NCBI GenBank assembly: GCA_046497275.1
Contig: JAWOFX010000061.1
Span: 30,001-62,000, forward strand
Direction of reading: 5' to 3'
Source of the DNA: Promethearchaeia archaeon
GTDB taxonomy: Archaea > Asgardarchaeota > Lokiarchaeia > Sigyniarchaeales > SOKP01
Length of the DNA stretch: 32,000 nucleotides
Below the pieces are notes generated by a model. The model worked only from the letters and a program-made list of their open reading frames with translations. It had not been told where the DNA came from and searched no databases. Both the position numbers and the translations under genes were made by a program. The number at the start of each line of letters is the position of its first letter. The stretch's first letter is position 1. Shown here piece by piece: positions 27,281-32,000 of the stretch.

Positions 27281-27300
27281 TGGTGCCCTCTTAGGAAAAA
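27281..27300 (+). repeat. Right copy of the direct repeat flanking vapBC
   Basis: tggtgccctct-tag-gaaaaa. Confidence 0.75.
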
Positions 27301-27461
27301 TAGATTAATCAGGATGCTTTAATTAATAATTATTTTTTGTTCTTTTTAATTATCTTAATTCTATTTAATTTGATTATATTTTTGATCTAATTTCTAAAAA
27401 ATTATAAGAATCTATGATTTGATATATCTTAGAGTCTTAAAATTTAAAAAAGGAACTTACT

Positions 27462-27648
27462 ATGGCAACAGAAAAAGAAAATATTTTACAAATGATAAAG
27501 GAGCTACCCTGATGATAGTATATTAGAGGATATCATGTATTATCTATACGCTAGAAAAAACATTATCCATAGTTTAAAAGATGCTGATGAAGGAAAAAAA
27601 GTTTCAAATGCAAAAGCAAAAGAAGTTATTGAAAGATGGTTCAAATAG
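27462..27648 (+). pseudogene. Frameshifted antitoxin of a ParDE/RelBE-type addiction module
   Basis: Removing one C from the CCC at 27507-27509 restores MATEKENILQMIKELPDDSILEDIMYYLYARKNIIHSLKDADEGKKVSNAKAKEVIERWFK, matching the LPDD..LEDI.Y..Y...W antitoxin pattern. Confidence 0.75.
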
Positions 27649-27710
27649 AATGGACTGAACGTTCTTTAGAAGACCTCAATGAAATACATGATTTATTTTT
27701 ATTCAGTTAA
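27636..27710 (+). pseudogene. Truncated RelE/ParE-family toxin (first 24 aa only)
   Basis: MVQIEWTERSLEDLNEIHDLFLFS* matches the ParE N-terminus (I.WT..A..DL..I.DY) and overlaps the antitoxin stop. No continuation is visible. Confidence 0.7.
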
Positions 27711-27753
27711 ATTTTCTCTGCAAATCATTTTATAATATAATTTTGAAAAATTT

Positions 27754-28782
27754 TTAGTAATGATTTAAAATATAGTCATTTTCAGATGGTGAACCCTCAC
27801 AGATTTCAATCTGATTACTCCCTAAAACAAAAATCCAAGACCAAATAGTGCTGGTTATTTCTCCCTCGAATTCATAATGAGAGCATACGCCATGTTCTCG
27901 GTCAGATAAAATCTGTTTAATCGAGTCTAATGAAACTTTTCCTTTCATTTTTTCATACCATTTTAATACTCTATTATACCTCTCAACGCTATCTTCAAAT
28001 CTGAATTGTTGATTAGTATATTTCTTCATTTGAGGAGAGATTGCGTGATTAGTTGTCGCTATAAACCCGTTTTCTGCTTCTGTTATCACAATCTCTTTCG
28101 CAGCTGTCTCAATTCTCGCTAAATTATTATTTTTATCCGCAACCAAATAAATATGACCACACATATGCGGAATTTTCTCAAGAAATTTCAATGCTTCTAG
28201 AGTATTTTTACATTTATCAAGAATCCAGCGGGCAATAATATTTGTTCTTATTCCGGGTACCCAATCTGGGGTGTATTCTGGAAATGCCTGTATACTAATC
28301 GCCAATCCTTCCTTATTAATGCCCCCATATCTCCCAATCGGATGATCTGTAAAACTTAAGTTAGAGATCCCTTCAACTGGGTAGCATCGAACAACTGTAA
28401 AGAATTTGGCGAAAGACTCCATCCAGTCATAATTTCGAGCGAATATCGGTCTATTTTCTAAATTATTTTCATCACTTATAGCGAATGATGTGCATCCAAA
28501 ATCTCTTCTTTTTCTCCTTAACTTCCGGCCTTCATCGACTATGTCTTTTCCTAAGGCTAAAATAAAAGCATCCAATTGTAATGGATCAAATCCTCCCCCC
28601 TCAACCAATCCTGCTATCTCCTTGATGATCCCAGGACAAAATTTTTTAACAATAGGTTTACATTCCTGGGCAAATTCTATAGTTTCTTTAGTAGAAGGAG
28701 GTATTTGAAGAAAACGCCCAATTTTTTTTCCTAACTTATAACCAATATCGTAATAGTTCCCACTAAGGTTATGCTGTATCAC
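27754..28782 (-). CDS. C45 family autoproteolytic acyltransferase/peptidase (Ntn hydrolase)
   Basis: LSGNYYDIG, GCTSFA (nucleophile Cys), ARNYDW, GGINKEGL and TNH motifs. Confidence 0.85.
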   Translation of the reverse strand: MIQHNLSGNYYDIGYKLGKKIGRFLQIPPSTKETIEFAQECKPIVKKFCPGIIKEIAGLVEGGGFDPLQLDAFILALGKDIVDEGRKLRRKRRDFGCTSFAISDENNLENRPIFARNYDWMESFAKFFTVVRCYPVEGISNLSFTDHPIGRYGGINKEGLAISIQAFPEYTPDWVPGIRTNIIARWILDKCKNTLEALKFLEKIPHMCGHIYLVADKNNNLARIETAAKEIVITEAENGFIATTNHAISPQMKKYTNQQFRFEDSVERYNRVLKWYEKMKGKVSLDSIKQILSDREHGVCSHYEFEGEITSTIWSWIFVLGSNQIEICEGSPSENDYILNHY

Positions 28783-29274
28783 TTTATTTATTTCATCCTA
28801 AATGTAGATTATGAATGTAAAATGATCGAAAGTATTTAAGGATAGAGAAATCTCATAATTTTTCAAGCCAATTAATAAACTTAAGGCTAATCTTGAGAAA
28901 TTTTATTTAAATCTAAGCGTTCGATTGTGAGATAAAAATTAACATAAAATTTTATTCCCATATATACTTCTATTTAGAAATAACATAAATATTGATATCA
29001 ACACTCTTCTACATATTCTATTAACTGAAGTCTTATTAATCAAATTAAAGAAATTAAATAATAGTGATATCTAGAAAAAGATGGCAGTAAAACTTAATTC
29101 CCAGTCATAAATATCCAAATATAAATTACATCGACAAGAGCGATTCCTTTTTTTAAATCTTTAGGGAACTTCCTTCTTTTTCTATTCTCTTCTTTTAATT
29201 TTAATGATTAATGAAATAAATTTTTTCAAATTTCGAAAAAGAGATAGATTAGATTTAATTGGCATACAGGTTAA

Positions 29275-30282
29275 TTACCAAACAACTTGTTCGACGCCAC
29301 ATTTAGAACAACTAACGATTTTACCTTTTTCAGGGAATTTTGGTAAAATATTTCCGCATGCCTTACATTCAAGGTTATAAACCTGATCCTCTGAGGATAT
29401 AATCCCCATTCTGAGGAGATTTTCTTTCAATTCATGTGTTAGTCGGGTAATAGTTGATATGATTAAATCTGGATCTTTAGAAGTAACTATCCATTCCAAT
29501 TTTCTGTTATTTTCTTGTGCTATCACCAATACATCATTACCAGATTCAAGATCATTACCAAAATACCACATGATATGTTTCTCTTTATCTTTAGTAATAT
29601 ATTGAAAATTATTTGCTCTAAGAACAACTTCTAACCTGTTAAAGAGAAATTCATAATCTAGTGGTTTACTAGATCCCAATCCTAGACTTTTAATAGCTTT
29701 CTTGATTTCGGGATGATTAACAAATTCGGCAATTTCTGAACTCGGAATAATTTTGGGTTGGATTGAGATTTCTTTTAGCCCAATATTCAATGGTTCAGAA
29801 TTGATAACCCGAACATAATCATCTTTATTTATGAAAGCAGCAAATGACTTAATTTCCCCTTGCTCTTCCAAAGAGTCTGTGGGATTAAAATAAAGCGTTA
29901 TTTGTTTGTTTTCAGTTCCTTGTATCTTATCAAATTCAACTTTTATTTGTTCAAAAGATTGTTCTTCAATCTCTTTATCTTCTATTTGTGTGTGATATAT
30001 AGTAGGAGGGATTGTTCTTGTTAACTTTAAAAACAATGGATATTGAATCTTGATTTTAACCTCCTTTATCGGTGCTCTACTCTCATTTTTAAGCATACAG
30101 ACATATTTATATTTACCTAATTGAGGGTTTAACTCAGTATATAGCTTAATTTGATTTTCTTGATCTATATCTTCTGTTTTTTTCGAAATTTTTTCTAATG
30201 TTCTGATCTCCGATTTCATATCCCCAAATAGGACTAAATCTTGGAGTTTATTATTTCCATTATCCTTTTCACCGGATTCCAT
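29275..30282 (-). CDS. Hypothetical protein: Ig-like beta-sandwich, alpha/beta platform-like domain and C-terminal Zn ribbon
   Basis: Alternating beta-strand pattern (YKYVCMLKNES...VKIKIQYP...ITLYFNP), then PKIIPSSEIAEF and an alpha/beta region, ending CKACG-x11-CSKCG. Confidence 0.65.
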   Translation of the reverse strand: MESGEKDNGNNKLQDLVLFGDMKSEIRTLEKISKKTEDIDQENQIKLYTELNPQLGKYKYVCMLKNESRAPIKEVKIKIQYPLFLKLTRTIPPTIYHTQIEDKEIEEQSFEQIKVEFDKIQGTENKQITLYFNPTDSLEEQGEIKSFAAFINKDDYVRVINSEPLNIGLKEISIQPKIIPSSEIAEFVNHPEIKKAIKSLGLGSSKPLDYEFLFNRLEVVLRANNFQYITKDKEKHIMWYFGNDLESGNDVLVIAQENNRKLEWIVTSKDPDLIISTITRLTHELKENLLRMGIISSEDQVYNLECKACGNILPKFPEKGKIVSCSKCGVEQVVW

Positions 30283-30450
30283 TTATTTTACTCGCCGTCT
30301 AATTTAGTCAATGATTCAAACTTAAAAAGTTTAAATTCATTTATATTTATCAAATAGAAAGTGAAAAATTTATTAAAAGTTTTGGTTAATTGACGATCAT
30401 TTATCATACTTATATATTTTTATTAAAAAGAATTTTATATAAATAGAAAG

Positions 30451-31119
30451 ATGCTGGAAGAACTAGACGATTTATTTGAAAGCTCAACTATTAGACCCAC
30501 TTTTAGTTATGTTCATATCATTTTAGCTTTGTATATTTTCGAAAAACATCCCGAAGGAATTGGACGTTATCGTCTAAAAGAAAACTTATTGATTGGGTCA
30601 GGAACAGCGAGGTCATTGATTAATAAATTAAGTGAGGTTGTAGATTTTATAGAAGTCTCTGGAAATAATAAACGAAGAGGACATCTGCTCACAGATAAAG
30701 GCTTAAGGTTTCTTAAAATGCTTAAAAAAAAAATTCCCTTATTAGAAGAGGGCAATACAAAAGCTCTAGAAGAAATAATCATTCAAGACAAAAAATTGAA
30801 TGCGTATATCTGTCTTATTAAGAATTGTGCTGATAAATTAAATAGCGGGATTGAACAAAGAGATGCAGCGATAAAAGTAAATGGTTCTGGTGCAACATGT
30901 CTTATATTTGATGGAAATGATTTAAAGTATCCTAAAAGTCCAAATATACAAAACAATCAAGTAAAAATAGGATATGATCTACAAAAGTATTTCAAATTGA
31001 AAGCAACGGAACATAATACAGAATTAGATAAGGATGATGTTATCATAGTCGGTTTAGGAGATACTTCAGAGAGAGCAAGATTGGCAACCTTAAATTCAGC
31101 ATTAACATTAATAGAATGA
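30451..31119 (+). CDS. Winged-helix protein with DUF4443-type C-terminal domain
   Basis: PTFSYVH...IGRYRLKENLLIGSGTARSLINKL HTH and GIEQRDAAIKVNGSGATCL motif. Confidence 0.75.
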   Translation: MLEELDDLFESSTIRPTFSYVHIILALYIFEKHPEGIGRYRLKENLLIGSGTARSLINKLSEVVDFIEVSGNNKRRGHLLTDKGLRFLKMLKKKIPLLEEGNTKALEEIIIQDKKLNAYICLIKNCADKLNSGIEQRDAAIKVNGSGATCLIFDGNDLKYPKSPNIQNNQVKIGYDLQKYFKLKATEHNTELDKDDVIIVGLGDTSERARLATLNSALTLIE

Positions 31120-31141
31120 CAAAATTGAGGTTTTCTTAATA

Positions 31142-31636
31142 TTGAAATTTGAAAAAGATATTATACTTTTTCTCCCGAATAGCATTTTAAAGCAGATGGA
31201 GGATTGTGTGGAAAGTGCTTATCCAAACGAAGCTTGTGGCTTAGCTTTTGGAAAAAGAGAACAAATTAACAATCCAAACGAGAAAAATGATTTTCTCTAC
31301 TATTTTAATATTGAAAGATTCAATTGTATAGACTCAGATAAAAAAAGCCCTATCGCATTTTTAATAGAAAATGTTGAAAAACTTAATCAAATCTATCATG
31401 AAGCCCATCAAAAATTTAATATGAAATTGGTTAGTATTTTTCATTCTCATCCCTCAGGAAATTATCCTAGCGGGGTGGATAGAGAAAATATGGAACGATT
31501 ACAAAATAGTGGGTTAAAATCATTTCAATTTATTATTTGGACGATAATGGATGCTGAAAATAAGGATGTAAAAGGATTTATATTTCTGAATAATGAAATT
31601 AACCAAGTAGAAGTAAAGATAAAAAATTCAAAATAG
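31142..31636 (+). CDS. JAB/MPN+ (JAMM) metalloprotease
   Basis: NEACG plus HSHPSGNYPSGVD gives the complete E...HxH-x6/7-S-x2-D JAMM motif. Confidence 0.9.
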   Translation: MKFEKDIILFLPNSILKQMEDCVESAYPNEACGLAFGKREQINNPNEKNDFLYYFNIERFNCIDSDKKSPIAFLIENVEKLNQIYHEAHQKFNMKLVSIFHSHPSGNYPSGVDRENMERLQNSGLKSFQFIIWTIMDAENKDVKGFIFLNNEINQVEVKIKNSK

Positions 31637-31643
31637 ATTGTAA

Positions 31644-32000
31644 TTATTCGATTTGTTCGAACCCTTCTTTATCGATAACACAGATTTGAAGATCATAGCC
31701 AGAAGCTATATCACGTTTGCGTGAACTGCTGATTGCATTTTTTATCAATTCAATACCTTCTTGTTTTGTCATATTGGGTTTCCAATCTGCTTCTAATACA
31801 CCTAAAGAGTACGTAGAACCTGATCCGAAGGATAAAAATTTGTCTTCTTCAAATAAAGCACCTAAGAGTTCAATTCCGTATAGTTTTCCGGACTCTTCTT
31901 TAAGAGAGTATCCACCAACTATCATCATAGCCATATAATATGATCGACCAGAAAAGAGGATATTTCGAGTTACATTTGCGATATATTTTGGTTCCGGGAT
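31644..32000 (-). CDS. psmB: Proteasome beta subunit, C-terminal part; the ORF continues beyond the window end
   Basis: The frame is open from 32000 (IPEPKYIANVTRNILFSGRSYYMAMMIVGG...), with GSGSTYSLGVLE and RDIASG motifs. The track start at 31934 is an internal Met. Confidence 0.88.
   Translation of the reverse strand: MPEPKYIANVTRNILFSGRSYYMAMMIVGGYSLKEESGKLYGIELLGALFEEDKFLSFGSGSTYSLGVLEADWKPNMTKQEGIELIKNAISSSRKRDIASGYDLQICVIDKEGFEQIE

Noticed and set aside
26387-27460. Integron attC sites around the TA genes
   Set aside because: No RYYYAAC...GTTRRRY pair with internal symmetry was found after either ORF, and no integrase is present.
28783-29274. Possible membrane-protein remnant in a 490-nt intergenic gap
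   Set aside because: Only short stop-interrupted hydrophobic stretches, as expected in AT-rich noncoding DNA.
832-31938. Many short antisense or overlapping ORFs in the track (e.g. 832-1029, 3905-4177, 7405-7590, 7833-8138, 9987-10214, 10324-10563, 10793-11026, 14115-14315, 15540-15755, 16212-16484, 16936-17142, 20397-20603, 20778-21032, 22889-23168, 24311-24502, 25281-25478, 26969-27160, 28490-28708, 30567-30782, 31717-31938)
   Set aside because: Each lies inside a longer ORF with clear family motifs and has no recognisable motif of its own; these are shadow frames.
1-32000. CRISPR arrays, rRNA, tRNA and transposases
   Set aside because: No regularly spaced repeats, no GC-rich structural RNA block, and no DDE/HUH/recombinase motifs were seen.

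Overview
Very AT-rich archaeal chromosomal DNA. The gene content points to an Asgard archaeon of the Lokiarchaeia/Promethearchaeota type: an HMf-type histone, a Loki-style wHTH regulator, a Hef helicase, a JAMM protease, a proteasome beta subunit and a CCG-domain Fe-S protein. This assignment is inference from protein families, not a database search. In order, the window holds: a LeuA/CimA synthase; an AlaAT-like aminotransferase and an acetolactate-synthase-like TPP enzyme; an Ntn amidotransferase and an MFS transporter; an AglQ-like/nitroreductase pair resembling a glycosylation-locus fragment; a methyltransferase and a 1476-aa protein (prenyltransferase-like barrel, winged helices, coiled coil, C-terminal membrane anchor); a nuclease-less Hef helicase; a GPH transporter, an MBL hydrolase and an Fe-S protein; a histone; a DUF2804 protein; a toxin-antitoxin hotspot (intact vapBC between direct repeats, followed by a broken parDE/relBE-like pair); a C45 peptidase; an Ig/platform/Zn-ribbon protein; a DUF4443 regulator with a JAMM protease; and a partial psmB. 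The strongest unannotated signal is a 37-codon upstream ORF in front of leuA. It has 13 Leu in its last 19 codons, ends in four tandem TTA codons, and is followed immediately by a long hairpin, the layout of a leucine leader-peptide attenuator, which is barely documented in archaea. No rRNA, tRNA, CRISPR array or transposase was seen.
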